A stretch of 64,000 nucleotides of DNA from positions 11,726 through 75,725 of the forward strand of contig JAXJPE010000067.1 of the NCBI GenBank assembly GCA_036426035.1, read 5' to 3'. Position 1 is the stretch's first letter. Every line of letters begins with the position of its first letter. This document shows positions 49,500-59,705 of this stretch, piece by piece. The stretch is from Collinsella sp. Lineage in GTDB: Bacteria > Actinomycetota > Coriobacteriia > Coriobacteriales > Coriobacteriaceae. Made by a program: the position numbers and the translations under genes. The notes below the pieces were generated by a model, which worked only from the letters and a program-made list of their open reading frames with translations, ran no database searches and was not told the DNA's origin.

Positions 49500-50750
49500 C
49501 TAGCTCCTCGTATATCTACGCAGCGCGATGGCAGCGTTGTGTCCGCCAAAGCCCAGATTGGTCGAAAGCGCCCAGGTAAGGTCGGCGCGAACCGCTCGAT
49601 TGGGCGTGTAATCAAGATCGCAGGCGGGATCGGGCGTGTGGTAGTTAATGGTCGGGGGCACCACGCCCTGCTCGAGCGCCATGGCGCAGGCCATGACCTC
49701 GATGGCGCCCGTAGCACCGATCATGTGGCCGGTCATCGACTTGGTCGACGAGACGTGCGCGGCGCGTGCCGCGTCCTCGCCGAGCGCACGCTTTATGCCC
49801 GCCGTCTCGGACGAATCGTTGAGCTTGGTCGAGGTGCCGTGAGCGTTGATGTAGAGGCCCTCGGAAGGCTTAACGTCGCCCTCAGCCACCGCCAGCGATA
49901 TCGCACGGGCAATGCCGGCAGCCTCGGGATCGGGGCTCGTGATGTGATAGGCATCATCGGTGTTCCCGTAGCCCACGACCTCGGCATAAATGTGCGCACC
50001 GCGCGCCTGCGCATGCTCCATGCTCTCGAGAACCAGCACGCAGGCGCCCTCGCCCATCACAAAGCCGTCGCGGTCTGCATCGAACGGACGGCAAGCCGTC
50101 GACGGGTCAGGATTAGTGGTGAGAGCACGGCAGGATGTAAAGCCCGCAACGGCATCGGGGATGATTGCGGCCTCGGCGCCGCCGGCGAGAATCGCATCGG
50201 CATAGCCATGCTTGATGGCGCGGAACGCCTCGCCCACGGCATGGGCCGAGGTCGCGCAGGCGGTCACCACGGGCAGGGTCGGGCCCTTTGCCTTGTGGCG
50301 GATCGCGATATTGCCCGAAGCCATATTGGGGATCATCATCGCGATCATATAGGGCGATGCGCGGCGGGGCCCACGGTCGGCAATCGTGTGGACGTTGTCG
50401 ACGAGTGTCTGCATGCCGCCCACGCCCGAACCCACGTAGACGCCCAGGCGCTCGCGATCGATGGCGCCCTCGACATCAAAGCCCGCATCGTGCATGGCCT
50501 CGTCCGACGCTGCCAGGGCAAACTGAACGCAGGGGTCCAGGTGCTTGGCGTCACGCTTGCCAAAGTACTCGTTGCCGTCAAAACCCTTGACCTCGGCCGC
50601 CACCTTAACGGCAAACGCATCGGTATCGAAGTGCGTGATCGGGCCGATGCCGCACGTGCCGGCGCACATGGCCGCCCAGGTAGCAAGCGCCGTGTTACCG
50701 AGCGGCGATACGGCACCGATACCGGTGATTGCAACTCTCTGTTCCATCAT
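49500..50750 (-). CDS. fabF: Beta-ketoacyl-ACP synthase II
   Basis: TACAT, NAHGTST, STKSMTGH, GFGGHN. Confidence 0.95.
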   Translation of the reverse strand: MMEQRVAITGIGAVSPLGNTALATWAAMCAGTCGIGPITHFDTDAFAVKVAAEVKGFDGNEYFGKRDAKHLDPCVQFALAASDEAMHDAGFDVEGAIDRERLGVYVGSGVGGMQTLVDNVHTIADRGPRRASPYMIAMMIPNMASGNIAIRHKAKGPTLPVVTACATSAHAVGEAFRAIKHGYADAILAGGAEAAIIPDAVAGFTSCRALTTNPDPSTACRPFDADRDGFVMGEGACVLVLESMEHAQARGAHIYAEVVGYGNTDDAYHITSPDPEAAGIARAISLAVAEGDVKPSEGLYINAHGTSTKLNDSSETAGIKRALGEDAARAAHVSSTKSMTGHMIGATGAIEVMACAMALEQGVVPPTINYHTPDPACDLDYTPNRAVRADLTWALSTNLGFGGHNAAIALRRYTRS

Positions 50751-50786
50751 GGTCTCCTCATTCAAGCCGTTGTTCGGCCCTGGTTT

Positions 50787-51560
50787 CTACATCGCCATTC
50801 CGCCGTCGACGCGTACGACCTCGCCCGTAATGTAGGCAGCCGCATCACTCGCCAAAAAGCGCACCACGCCGGCCACTTCCTCGGGGTGCGCCATGCGCTT
50901 TAGGGGAATCTGTTCCTCGCACGCCGCACGCACCTTATCCGATAGCTTTGCCGTCATATCGGTCTCGACAAACCCGGGTGCGACCGCGTTCACTCGTACG
51001 CCGCGGGGCGCAAACTCGCGCGCCACCGCCTTGGTCAGGCCGATGACGCCCGCCTTGGAGGCGGCGTAGTTGGCCTGCCCGGCATTGCCCATCAGGCCCA
51101 CAACCGAGCTCATGTTGATGACGCAGCCGCCGCGCTGACGCATAAAGGTCTTGGTGAGCGCGCGCGTCGTATTGAACGTGCCCTTGAGATTGACATCGAG
51201 CACGCGGTCGAAGGCATCGTCACCCATACGCATGAGTAGGCCGTCGCGTGTGATGCCGGCGTTGTTGACGAGCGCCCAAATGGAGCCGAAGTCGTTGAGG
51301 ACCGTCTCCACGCATGTGTTGACGGCGGCGGGGTCGGCCACGTCACATTGATATGCGCGTGCCGTGGCGCCTGACACCTCGCAGGCTTCGCACGTCTCGC
51401 GCGCCGCATCGACGCTGCCGGCATAGACGACGGCGATATCGTAGCCATCCTCCGCCAAACCCACGGCACAAGCGCGACCGATGCCGCGCGAGCCGCCCGT
51501 GACCAGCGCCACGCGGCGCGATCCGTCGCGCTCGAGCGCGCCGTTGTTCAAGTTGCCCAT
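50787..51560 (-). CDS. fabG: 3-oxoacyl-ACP reductase
   Basis: TGGSRGIG, NNAGITRD, NYAASK. Confidence 0.95.
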   Translation of the reverse strand: MGNLNNGALERDGSRRVALVTGGSRGIGRACAVGLAEDGYDIAVVYAGSVDAARETCEACEVSGATARAYQCDVADPAAVNTCVETVLNDFGSIWALVNNAGITRDGLLMRMGDDAFDRVLDVNLKGTFNTTRALTKTFMRQRGGCVINMSSVVGLMGNAGQANYAASKAGVIGLTKAVAREFAPRGVRVNAVAPGFVETDMTAKLSDKVRAACEEQIPLKRMAHPEEVAGVVRFLASDAAAYITGEVVRVDGGMAM

Positions 51561-51590
51561 GTCGTTCCTTTCGGGTTACAGCCCTGTGGG

Positions 51591-52517
51591 CTATGCGAGC
51601 TCGTCGGCAATAGCTGCGACCTGTTCGGCCGTTTCGCACGAATACACACGAACGTCGCTCTGCGTACGCTTAACCAGACCAGACAGCGTTTTGCCGGGGC
51701 CGACCTCAATAAACATATCGATGCCCTGATCCTGCAGAGTATGCAGCGTGTCGACCCAGCGCACGGCATGGCTCACCTGGTTGGCCAAGACATCCGATGC
51801 CGCCTGCGTGTCGGCCGGATAGGGCGCCGCCGTCATATTTGCCATGACCGGAATCAGCAAAGGGGACGGGGCGTGCCCGGCTTGGATATACGTCGCCAGC
51901 CCCTCAGTCGCCTCGGCCATATAGGGGCTATGGAATGCACCCGACACCGCGACCTTCATGGCGCGACCGCCAGCCTCTTTTACCAGGACGTCGAGGGTCT
52001 GCAACGCATCGGGCGCTCCGGCCACAACCGTCTGCTGCGGGCTGTTGTAGTTGACCGGCCAGCAGTCCTCGCCGGCCTGTTTTGCCAAACCCTCGACTTG
52101 CGCCGCATCGAGTTTGATGACGGCGCGCATGCCACCGGGATGACGCTCGGCCGCCGTGGCCATCAATGCCGCGCGCTCACACACAAGCTCAAAGCCTGCT
52201 CGCGTATCGAACGCCCCCGCAAAGGTGAGTGCAGCGACCTCGCCCAGCGAGAATCCCGCACAAGCGGCAGGCACCACGCCGCGCTCGCGCAGGGCGACGG
52301 CGACAGCCAAGTCGTGCACGAACACGCAAGGCTGCGTGTTCTCGGTCTGCGAGAGCTCCTCCTTGGAGGCGCTCCGGCACTGCTCACTGGTTCCCGGACG
52401 CACCTCGTCGGCGATCGCAAACACCTCGGCAGCTGCCGGCGATGCTTCGATGAGGTCGACGCCCATCGCGGGATGCTGGGCACCCTGACCGGCAAACAGA
52501 AACGCTACGCTACCCAT
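51591..52517 (-). CDS. fabD: Malonyl-CoA:ACP transacylase
   Basis: FAGQGAQ, GFSLGE, SGAFHS, EVGPG. Confidence 0.94.
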   Translation of the reverse strand: MGSVAFLFAGQGAQHPAMGVDLIEASPAAAEVFAIADEVRPGTSEQCRSASKEELSQTENTQPCVFVHDLAVAVALRERGVVPAACAGFSLGEVAALTFAGAFDTRAGFELVCERAALMATAAERHPGGMRAVIKLDAAQVEGLAKQAGEDCWPVNYNSPQQTVVAGAPDALQTLDVLVKEAGGRAMKVAVSGAFHSPYMAEATEGLATYIQAGHAPSPLLIPVMANMTAAPYPADTQAASDVLANQVSHAVRWVDTLHTLQDQGIDMFIEVGPGKTLSGLVKRTQSDVRVYSCETAEQVAAIADELA

Positions 52518-53449
52518 GCGGATGCACCCTTCAGGACATGCTCGGCGCCATCGACCAGATCGTCGACGATTTCGCGTGCGCTCTGGCGTTCGTTGACCAT
52601 GCCGGCAATCTGTCCGCACAAATACGAACCCTCTTCGTAATTACCGTCCTTTGCGGCTTTACGAAGCGCGCCCGTGCCCATGGCCCCGAGCTCCTCGGGG
52701 CTTGCGCCCGCCGCCTCGTTCTTGGCATACGCGTTGGTGAAGGGGCTCTTGAGGGCGCGAACCGGATGTCCCGTCGAGCGACCGGTCGCACGCGTCGACG
52801 TGTCGCCCGCCTTGAGCACCAGCTCTTTGTACTGTTCGGATACGGTGCACTCGTTTGCGACCAGAAAGCGTGTTCCCACCTGGACGCCGGCAGCGCCGAG
52901 CATAAAGGCGGCCGCCACACCGCGGCCATCGGCGATGCCGCCAGCCGCAACCACAGGAATATCGACCGCATCGACAACCTGCGGCACCAGCGCCATCGTC
53001 GAGGTCTCTCCAATATGGCCGCCTGATTCGGTGCCCTCGGCAACCACGGCAGTTGCTCCGCGACGCGCCACGAGACGCGCCAGCGCCACCGAAGCCACAA
53101 CGGGAATAACCTTGATGCCCGCATCGCCCCAGGCCTTCATGTACTTGGTGGGATTGCCGGCGCCGGTCACCACAACGGGCACCTGCTCATCAATCACCAC
53201 TTGTGCGACCTCGTCGACAAACGGGCTCATGAGCATAACGTTGACGCCAAAGGGCTTATCCGTCTTGGCGCGCAGCTCGTGAATCTGATCGCGCAGCCAG
53301 TTTGCGTCGGCATTCATGGCCGCGATAATGCCTAAGCCGCCCGCCTCGGACACGGCAGATGCCAGCGAGGCGTCGGCAATCCAGGCCATGCCACCCTGGA
53401 ACACGGGTTTTTCGATGCCGAGCAGGTCGCAGAGAGGAGACTTGAGCAT
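52505..53449 (-). CDS. fabK: Enoyl-ACP reductase II (FMN)
   Basis: FQGGMAW, EGTESGGH, AAGGIADGRG, GQIAGMV. Confidence 0.93.
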   Translation of the reverse strand: MLKSPLCDLLGIEKPVFQGGMAWIADASLASAVSEAGGLGIIAAMNADANWLRDQIHELRAKTDKPFGVNVMLMSPFVDEVAQVVIDEQVPVVVTGAGNPTKYMKAWGDAGIKVIPVVASVALARLVARRGATAVVAEGTESGGHIGETSTMALVPQVVDAVDIPVVAAGGIADGRGVAAAFMLGAAGVQVGTRFLVANECTVSEQYKELVLKAGDTSTRATGRSTGHPVRALKSPFTNAYAKNEAAGASPEELGAMGTGALRKAAKDGNYEEGSYLCGQIAGMVNERQSAREIVDDLVDGAEHVLKGASAWVA

Positions 53450-53451
53450 CA

Positions 53452-53688
53452 CTACTTCTCCAATGCCGCCTCGACCGTATCGACGAACTCGCCGACCGTC
53501 TTGGGGTTCTCCTCGGTATCGAGCTCAATGCCAAACTCGTCCTCGACGGCAACGAGGATCTCGACGGTACCCAGGCTGTCGAGGCCAATCTCCTCGAGCG
53601 TGGACTCAGGCTTCATCTCGACATCGTCAAGGCCGGCCGTCTCGCGGATAACGTCACAAACGCGCTCGAAGGTCTTCTGATCTGCCAT
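53452..53688 (-). CDS. acpP: Acyl carrier protein
   Basis: IGLDSLGTVEI..EDEFGI. Confidence 0.93.
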   Translation of the reverse strand: MADQKTFERVCDVIRETAGLDDVEMKPESTLEEIGLDSLGTVEILVAVEDEFGIELDTEENPKTVGEFVDTVEAALEK

Positions 53689-53740
53689 GGTAGTTCTCCT
53701 TTGTTTGTGCCCTAGGGGCGTTTTCATTTCCTATGTGCAA

Positions 53741-54700
53741 CTACTTCCAGCGAAGTAGATGGCCACCTACATCCAAGCCGGCGCCAAATCCGACCAGGGC
53801 GATGGTGTCGCCCGCGTGCAGCGCGCCGGTATTTGCCAGTCGATCGAGAGCAAGCGGAATGCATGCGCTCGAAATGTTGCCGGTCTCGCGTAGCGTTCGA
53901 ACCACGCGCTCGTCTGGCACGCCGAGACGCTTGACCGCCTGACTCAGGATTCGTTCGTTAGCCTGATGGAATACAAAATGATCGATGTCTTCGACCGAAA
54001 TGCCCGCATCGCTCGCAAGCTTATGGACCGTATCGCAGATGGCGTTGACGCCGAACTTGAACACGCGGCGACCATTCATGGACAGCACACTCGCGCTATC
54101 TGCGGAGTCCTTAAACGGCGAGGTGCCGACCAGACCGGGAACGCGCAACGTCTCGACGTCGGGCGCTGTCGAAAGCTCAACGGCAAGAGGGTTGTCTCCC
54201 CCAGCCCCTATGACCGCAGCACCCGCGCCATCGCCAAAGAGCACGCACGTGGCACGGTCGGTCCAATCGAGCGCGCGCGTCATCTGCTCGGCGGCAACGA
54301 CCAGCACGTGCTTGGCGCGACCGCGGGCGATATAACCCTCGGCGACATCGAGCGCAAATACGAAGCCGGCACAAGCCGCCGAAACGTCGAAGGCAGGACA
54401 TGTGGCACCCAGGCGCTCAGCAACGGCGCACGCTTCGGCAGGAACGAGGTGATCGCCCGTCGTCGTCGAACAGACGATAAGATCCAGCTGGCTCGCATCG
54501 ATTCCGGACGTCTGAAGCGCCCGCTCGCTCGCCGCTACGGCAAGGTCGTCGAGTGACTCAGTGGTGCAGACGTGGCGGCTCTTGATACCGGTGCGGGTAA
54601 AAATCCACTCATCCGAGGTATCGAGGAACTCGGACAGCTCGTCATTGGAAACACTGCACGCAGGAAGCGCCGAGCCTGTTCCAAGAATCGTGAAACCCAT
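53741..54700 (-). CDS. fabH: Beta-ketoacyl-ACP synthase III
   Basis: AACAGF, LFGDGAGA, FHQAN, GNISSA. Confidence 0.95.
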   Translation of the reverse strand: MGFTILGTGSALPACSVSNDELSEFLDTSDEWIFTRTGIKSRHVCTTESLDDLAVAASERALQTSGIDASQLDLIVCSTTTGDHLVPAEACAVAERLGATCPAFDVSAACAGFVFALDVAEGYIARGRAKHVLVVAAEQMTRALDWTDRATCVLFGDGAGAAVIGAGGDNPLAVELSTAPDVETLRVPGLVGTSPFKDSADSASVLSMNGRRVFKFGVNAICDTVHKLASDAGISVEDIDHFVFHQANERILSQAVKRLGVPDERVVRTLRETGNISSACIPLALDRLANTGALHAGDTIALVGFGAGLDVGGHLLRWK

Positions 54701-54716
54701 CACTAACCTCCTTTGA

Positions 54717-54783
54717 GTTGTTGACGTGTTTACATCGACCAAGAGAGGATAACGCATTTCAGTCGTTGTTGACGTGTTGACAT
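54717..54783. promoter_or_regulatory. Two 19-bp direct repeats upstream of fabH (candidate operator)
   Basis: GTTGTTGACGTGTTTACAT (54717) and GTTGTTGACGTGTTGACAT (54765). Confidence 0.55.
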
Positions 54784-54876
54784 TAAATTGTCCAAATGCG
54801 ACAAAGGCTTCACATTGTGTCTGTCTCTCGACACCATTGCGTTATTCACTTATTCATTAAGGAGGTAGCAGCCGTT

Positions 54877-55653
54877 ATGGATGCCAAATTAACGATAGTC
54901 GACGTAACCGGATCGACCAACGATGACCTGCTCGAAGCAGGAAAACAGGGAGCGCCGCACGGCACAGGACTTGCCGCCCGGGCTCAGACGGCAGGACGCG
55001 GCCGGCGCGGCCACAAGTGGGATTCAACCGCCGGCAACCTATTGCTTTCGATTGTCCTGCGTCCATGCGTTAATCCTGCAAAGTACTCTGGTCTTGCAGC
55101 CGTCAGCGGCCTAGCGGTGCTCGAGGCACTCGAGGCACAAGGTCTTGCTAACGAGATCGGCCTCAAATGGCCCAACGACCTCGTCGCACGAGGACATAAG
55201 CTCGGCGGCATCTTAGTCGAGGCGGCTCGTGACAACGAGGGCAGGCCCTTCGCCGTCTGCGGCATTGGCGTCAACGTAAACTACACGCCCCAGGAGGTTC
55301 CCGATGGCGGCCTGCCGGCAATCGGTCTCTCGGACCTCAACGAGAATGTTCCTGCCGTCGATGTGCTACTCAAGGAGGTCTATCACGCGGTCGTGAACGC
55401 TGTAGACACATGGGCAGAGCGTCTCAACGCCATGGAAGAAGACGCCGGACCGCTCGCGCCCGTCCACGGCGAATACATCGGTCATCTCAATTGGATTGAG
55501 GATCACGTTATCGCCCGTTCCCCCGCTGGGGACGAGCTGGCGCGTGGCATCTTTCAAACGGTCGATGACTTTGGTCGCGCGTGCATCGAGACAGAAGACG
55601 ACTTGCGATCCTTCCATTTTGAGGAGGCATCGCTGCGCCCCATGGGCAAATAA
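54877..55653 (+). CDS. birA: Biotin-protein ligase (no N-terminal HTH)
   Basis: STND, QTAGRGRRG, KWPNDL, KLGGILVE, GIGVN. Confidence 0.93.
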   Translation: MDAKLTIVDVTGSTNDDLLEAGKQGAPHGTGLAARAQTAGRGRRGHKWDSTAGNLLLSIVLRPCVNPAKYSGLAAVSGLAVLEALEAQGLANEIGLKWPNDLVARGHKLGGILVEAARDNEGRPFAVCGIGVNVNYTPQEVPDGGLPAIGLSDLNENVPAVDVLLKEVYHAVVNAVDTWAERLNAMEEDAGPLAPVHGEYIGHLNWIEDHVIARSPAGDELARGIFQTVDDFGRACIETEDDLRSFHFEEASLRPMGK

Positions 55654-55711
55654 GACGCCATAGCCACCCATTCGGCCGCATTACCTGGGCCCCAAGGCCA
55701 CCATTCAAAAC

Positions 55712-55748
55712 AAAAGAGCCCCGCTGCCGTAATGACAGCGGGGCTCTG
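55712..55748. terminator. Intrinsic terminator after rpsJ (between convergent rpsJ and birA)
   Basis: aaaagagccccgctg...cagcggggctct. Confidence 0.8.
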
Positions 55749-55768
55749 TAAGCTATGAGCGGTATCGC

Positions 55769-56077
55769 TTAGAGCTTGATGTCGATGTCGACGCCAGCGG
55801 GGAGGTCGAGACGCATGAGCGAATCAACGGTGCCCGAGGTGGGGTCGAGGATGTCGATGAGGCGCTTGTGGGTGCGCATCTCGAACTGCTCACGGGAGTC
55901 CTTGTTCACGTGCGGCGAGCGGATAACCGTGTACAGGTTGCGCTCGGTGGGCAGGGGGACAGGACCGGAAACGCGAGCGCCGGTCTTCTGAGCGGTCTCG
56001 ACGATGAGCTTCGCGGACTGATCGACGACCTCGTGATCATAGCCCTTGAGGCGAATGCGGATCTTCTGGGTAGCCAA
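55769..56077 (-). CDS. rpsJ: 30S ribosomal protein S10
   Basis: [25 protein letters not shown]. Confidence 0.98.
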   Translation of the reverse strand: MATQKIRIRLKGYDHEVVDQSAKLIVETAQKTGARVSGPVPLPTERNLYTVIRSPHVNKDSREQFEMRTHKRLIDILDPTSGTVDSLMRLDLPAGVDIDIKL

Positions 56078-56137
56078 CTTAAACCTCCAAAGAGTGCGAG
56101 AGATGTTCTCGCGGATTACGTAACAGGGAGCTCGAAC

Positions 56138-58237
56138 TTAGGCGTTCTTGCTCATGACCTCGTCCACGATGGACTTGGGCGCGGGCTCATAAGAGTCGAA
56201 CTGCATCGTGTAGGATGCACGGCCCTGGGTCTGGGAGCGAAGGTCGGTAGCGTAACCGAACATCTCGCCCAGCGGCACCTTGGCACGGATGAGCTTGCTG
56301 TTCTTGCGATCCTCCATGCCCTCGATCTTGCCGCGGCGACCGGAGAGGTTGCCCATAACGTCGCCCATGTACTGCTCGGGGGTCTCGACCTCGACAGCCA
56401 TGATCGGCTCGAGCAGCTGCGGGTCGGACTTCTTGAGGGCGTCCTTGATAGCCATGGAACCGGCGATCTTGAAGGCGGCCTCGGAGGAGTCGACCTCGTG
56501 GTAAGAACCGTCGAACAGGGTGACCTTGACGTCGAGGACCGGGAAGCCGGCGATAACACCGGTGTTCAGGGCCTCCTGGATGCCCTTGTCGATGGACGGG
56601 ATGTACTCCTTGGGCACGACGCCGCCGACGATAGCGTTGACGAACTCGTAGCCGAAGCCCTCCTCCATCTTCTCGAGCTTGATGACGGCGTGACCATACT
56701 GACCGCGACCACCGGACTGACGGACGAACTTGCCCTCAGCCTTCTCGACGTCGTGACCAGCGGTCTCGCGGTAGGCAACCTGGGGCTTACCAACGTTAGC
56801 GTCAACCTTGAACTCACGGAGCAGACGGTCGACGATGATCTCGAGGTGCAGCTCGCCCATGCCGGCGATGATGGTCTGGCCGGTCTCGTGGTTGGTGGAC
56901 ACCTGGAAGGTCGGGTCCTCCTCGGCGAGCTTGGTCAGAGCCAGGGACATCTTGTCCTGCTCGGCCTTGGTCTTGGGCTCGATGGCAACGTCGATAACGG
57001 GCTTAGCGAACTCGATCTTCTCGAGGACGATCTCCTTGCCCTCGGCGCACAGGGTGTCACCGGTGGTGGAGTTCTTGAAGCCGACGCAAGCGACGATGTC
57101 GCCGGCAGCGGCGTCGTCACGGTCGATACGCTCGGCGGCGTTCATCTCGAGGATGCGGCCGAGGCGCTCGCGCTGACCGTTGGAAGCGTTGACAACGTAG
57201 GAGCCGGACTCGGCGCGGCCGGAGTAAACGCGGACGTAGGTGAGCTTACCGACGAACGGGTCGGTCATGATCTTGAAGACCAGGCCGGAGAAGGGCTCGT
57301 CGAAGGAAGGATGACGCTCGATCTCCTCGCCGGTGTCCGGATCGGTACCGGTGACGGCCTCGACGTCGAGCGGGCTGGGCAGGTAATCGACGACAGCGTC
57401 GAGCAGCTCCTGGACGCCCTTGTTCTTGTAGGCGGAGCCCACGAAGACGAGGTTGAGCTCGTTGGCCAGAACGCCCTTGCGCAGAGCAGCCTTGAGCTCC
57501 TCGACGGTGAAGTCCTCCTCCATGAGGATCTTCTCCATGAGCTCATCGTCAAAGCTGGCAGCAGCATCGAGGAGCTCCTCGCGCTTGGTGGCAGCGATGT
57601 CGGCGAACTCAGCCGGGATCTCGTCCATCGGCTCGGGGTAGGTCATGCCCTTGTCGTCGGCCTTGAAGTCCCATGCGGTCATGGTGACCAGGTCGATGAC
57701 GCCCCAGAAGTTGTCCTCGGCGCCCATCGGGACCTGAGCGGCCACGGCGTTAGCGTCGAGACGATCCTTCATGGTCTCGATAGCGTTGAAGAAGTCAGCA
57801 CCCACGCGGTCATACTTGTTGATGAAGGCGATACGGGGGACGTTGAAGGTAGAAGCCTGACGCCAAACGGTCTCAGACTGGGGCTGAACGCCGGCAACGG
57901 CGTCGAAGACGGCGACAGCGCCATCGAGGACGCGCAGGCAGCGCTCGACCTCGGCGGTGAAGTCAACGTGGCCCGGGGTGTCGATGATCTGGATGCGGTA
58001 GTCCTTACCGTCCTTATTCCAGAAGCACGTGGTAGCAGCGGAGGTAATGGTTACGCCGCGCTCCTGCTCCTGAACCATCCAGTCCATGGTGGCAGCGCCC
58101 TCATGGACCTCACCGATCTTGTGGGTCTTACCGGTGTAGTAAAGAATACGCTCGGTCGTGGTGGTCTTACCAGCATCGATGTGAGCCATGATGCCGATGT
58201 TACGGGTATCGGAAAGCTTGTACTTAGGCTTAGCCAT
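56138..58237 (-). CDS. fusA: Elongation factor G
   Basis: [34 protein letters not shown]. Confidence 0.98.
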   Translation of the reverse strand: MAKPKYKLSDTRNIGIMAHIDAGKTTTTERILYYTGKTHKIGEVHEGAATMDWMVQEQERGVTITSAATTCFWNKDGKDYRIQIIDTPGHVDFTAEVERCLRVLDGAVAVFDAVAGVQPQSETVWRQASTFNVPRIAFINKYDRVGADFFNAIETMKDRLDANAVAAQVPMGAEDNFWGVIDLVTMTAWDFKADDKGMTYPEPMDEIPAEFADIAATKREELLDAAASFDDELMEKILMEEDFTVEELKAALRKGVLANELNLVFVGSAYKNKGVQELLDAVVDYLPSPLDVEAVTGTDPDTGEEIERHPSFDEPFSGLVFKIMTDPFVGKLTYVRVYSGRAESGSYVVNASNGQRERLGRILEMNAAERIDRDDAAAGDIVACVGFKNSTTGDTLCAEGKEIVLEKIEFAKPVIDVAIEPKTKAEQDKMSLALTKLAEEDPTFQVSTNHETGQTIIAGMGELHLEIIVDRLLREFKVDANVGKPQVAYRETAGHDVEKAEGKFVRQSGGRGQYGHAVIKLEKMEEGFGYEFVNAIVGGVVPKEYIPSIDKGIQEALNTGVIAGFPVLDVKVTLFDGSYHEVDSSEAAFKIAGSMAIKDALKKSDPQLLEPIMAVEVETPEQYMGDVMGNLSGRRGKIEGMEDRKNSKLIRAKVPLGEMFGYATDLRSQTQGRASYTMQFDSYEPAPKSIVDEVMSKNA

Positions 58238-58256
58238 GTTAGTTCCTTACCTTAAC

Positions 58257-58730
58257 TTACCAACGATAGTGAGAGAACGCGCGGTTGGCCTCGGCCATCT
58301 TGAAGACGTCCTCACGCTTCTTGACGGAAGCGCCCAGGCCGTTGGAAGCGTCGAGGATCTCGTTGGCGAGACGCTCGGCCATGGTCTTCTCCTTGCGAGC
58401 GCGGGAGAAGTTGACGATCCAGCGGATACCCAGAGCGGTGGAACGACGGGAGTTGACCTCCATCGGGACCTGATAGGTAGCGCCACCGACACGCTTGGGC
58501 TTAACCTCGAGCGTGGGCTTGACGTTGTCCATAGCCTTCTTGAAGGTAGCGAGAGCGTCGCCACCCTCGGACTTCTCGGCAACGATCTCGAAAGCGGTGT
58601 AAACGATGCGCTCAGCGGTGGCCTTCTTGCCGTCAAGAAGGACCTTGTTGATGAGCTGAGTCACCAGGCGGTTGTTGTAAACGGCGTCAGGCTGAACCTC
58701 ACGACGATTAGCTGCTGCACGACGCGGCAT
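58257..58730 (-). CDS. rpsG: 30S ribosomal protein S7
   Basis: [23 protein letters not shown]. Confidence 0.98.
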   Translation of the reverse strand: MPRRAAANRREVQPDAVYNNRLVTQLINKVLLDGKKATAERIVYTAFEIVAEKSEGGDALATFKKAMDNVKPTLEVKPKRVGGATYQVPMEVNSRRSTALGIRWIVNFSRARKEKTMAERLANEILDASNGLGASVKKREDVFKMAEANRAFSHYRW

Positions 58731-58803
58731 GTGAAATCTCCTTAAGTGTCTACCGTGCGGCGCTTAGGCGGCACACGGCGAAAGTATCAAAACGTTATCT
58801 GGC

Positions 58804-59181
58804 TTATTTAGCCTTGGGGCGCTTAGCACCGTACTTGGAACGGGCCTGCATACGGTTCTGGACCGGAGCAGCGTCGTAGGCGCCACGGATGACGTGATAA
58901 CGGACACCAGGGAGGTCACGGACACGACCGCCGCGGACGAGCACGATGGAGTGCTCCTGCAGGTTGTGGCCCTCACCCGGGATGTAAGCAGTAACTTCGA
59001 TGCCGTTGACAAGGCGAACACGGGCAACCTTACGAAGAGCCGAGTTCGGCTTCTTGGGGCTCGTGGTGAAGACGCGGGTGCACACGCCGCGCTTCTGGGA
59101 GTTGTGCTGCAGAGCAGCGTTCTTGGACTTCTTGGGCACGGAACGACGGCCCTGGCGAACCAGCTGGTTAATAGTAGGCAA
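58804..59181 (-). CDS. rpsL: 30S ribosomal protein S12
   Basis: [26 protein letters not shown]. Confidence 0.98.
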   Translation of the reverse strand: MPTINQLVRQGRRSVPKKSKNAALQHNSQKRGVCTRVFTTSPKKPNSALRKVARVRLVNGIEVTAYIPGEGHNLQEHSIVLVRGGRVRDLPGVRYHVIRGAYDAAPVQNRMQARSKYGAKRPKAK

Positions 59182-59274
59182 AGCGTACTCCTTCTCGAAT
59201 GATTCCAGCTTTCTGTAAAGTGCAACGGCTTGAATCGAGGGGTCAGCATCCCCCTACGAAACACGCAGTTCGAT

Positions 59275-59303
59275 AGGATACGTGGCGTTAGCTGTGCCGT
59301 CAA
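59275..59303 (-). promoter_or_regulatory. Putative sigmaA promoter of str operon
   Basis: TTGACG-17-TATCCT on minus strand. Confidence 0.65.
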
Positions 59304-59387
59304 CAGACCACGCCGCCGGGCGTATCCCAAAAATGGCACATTTCCGCAAAGCCTACACAAAAGGAATCCCCTCCTGTGCGCGGTGGC

Positions 59388-59526
59388 GGATTTCCGGGCC
59401 GGGCGGCACAGGGGTTAAGTTTGCTGCTCTACAGTCCTGCGCAAGACGGAAAGCACATTAAGTGCTTTCCTTTGCGTGCGGAACTCGCGACAAACTTAAA
59501 ACCTGGGCCGCCCGGTCCGGGAATCC
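59388..59526. repeat. Second copy of the 85-bp palindromic core (59415-59499) inside a different outer stem
   Basis: Identical to 42146-42230. Confidence 0.9.
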
Positions 59527-59549
59527 GACGTGCTCGTTGGGGCAACGCC

Positions 59550-59587
59550 ACCTGCCAAAAAGGGACAGGTTTATTTTGGTCGGTTTT
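59550..59587. repeat. REP-like element, inverted partner of 61342-61379
   Basis: acctgccaaaaagggacaggtttattttggtcggtttt. Confidence 0.85.
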
Positions 59588-59705
59588 ATCTGGGAAAATG
59601 TCGCGCTCCAGCGGTGATCTGCTCTCACCTGTCGCATGGAAATCGGCGGCGTTTCCATTTAACGCAAAAGAGGCCGCTTCCCCTAGTAGGAAGCGACCCC
59701 AAATC

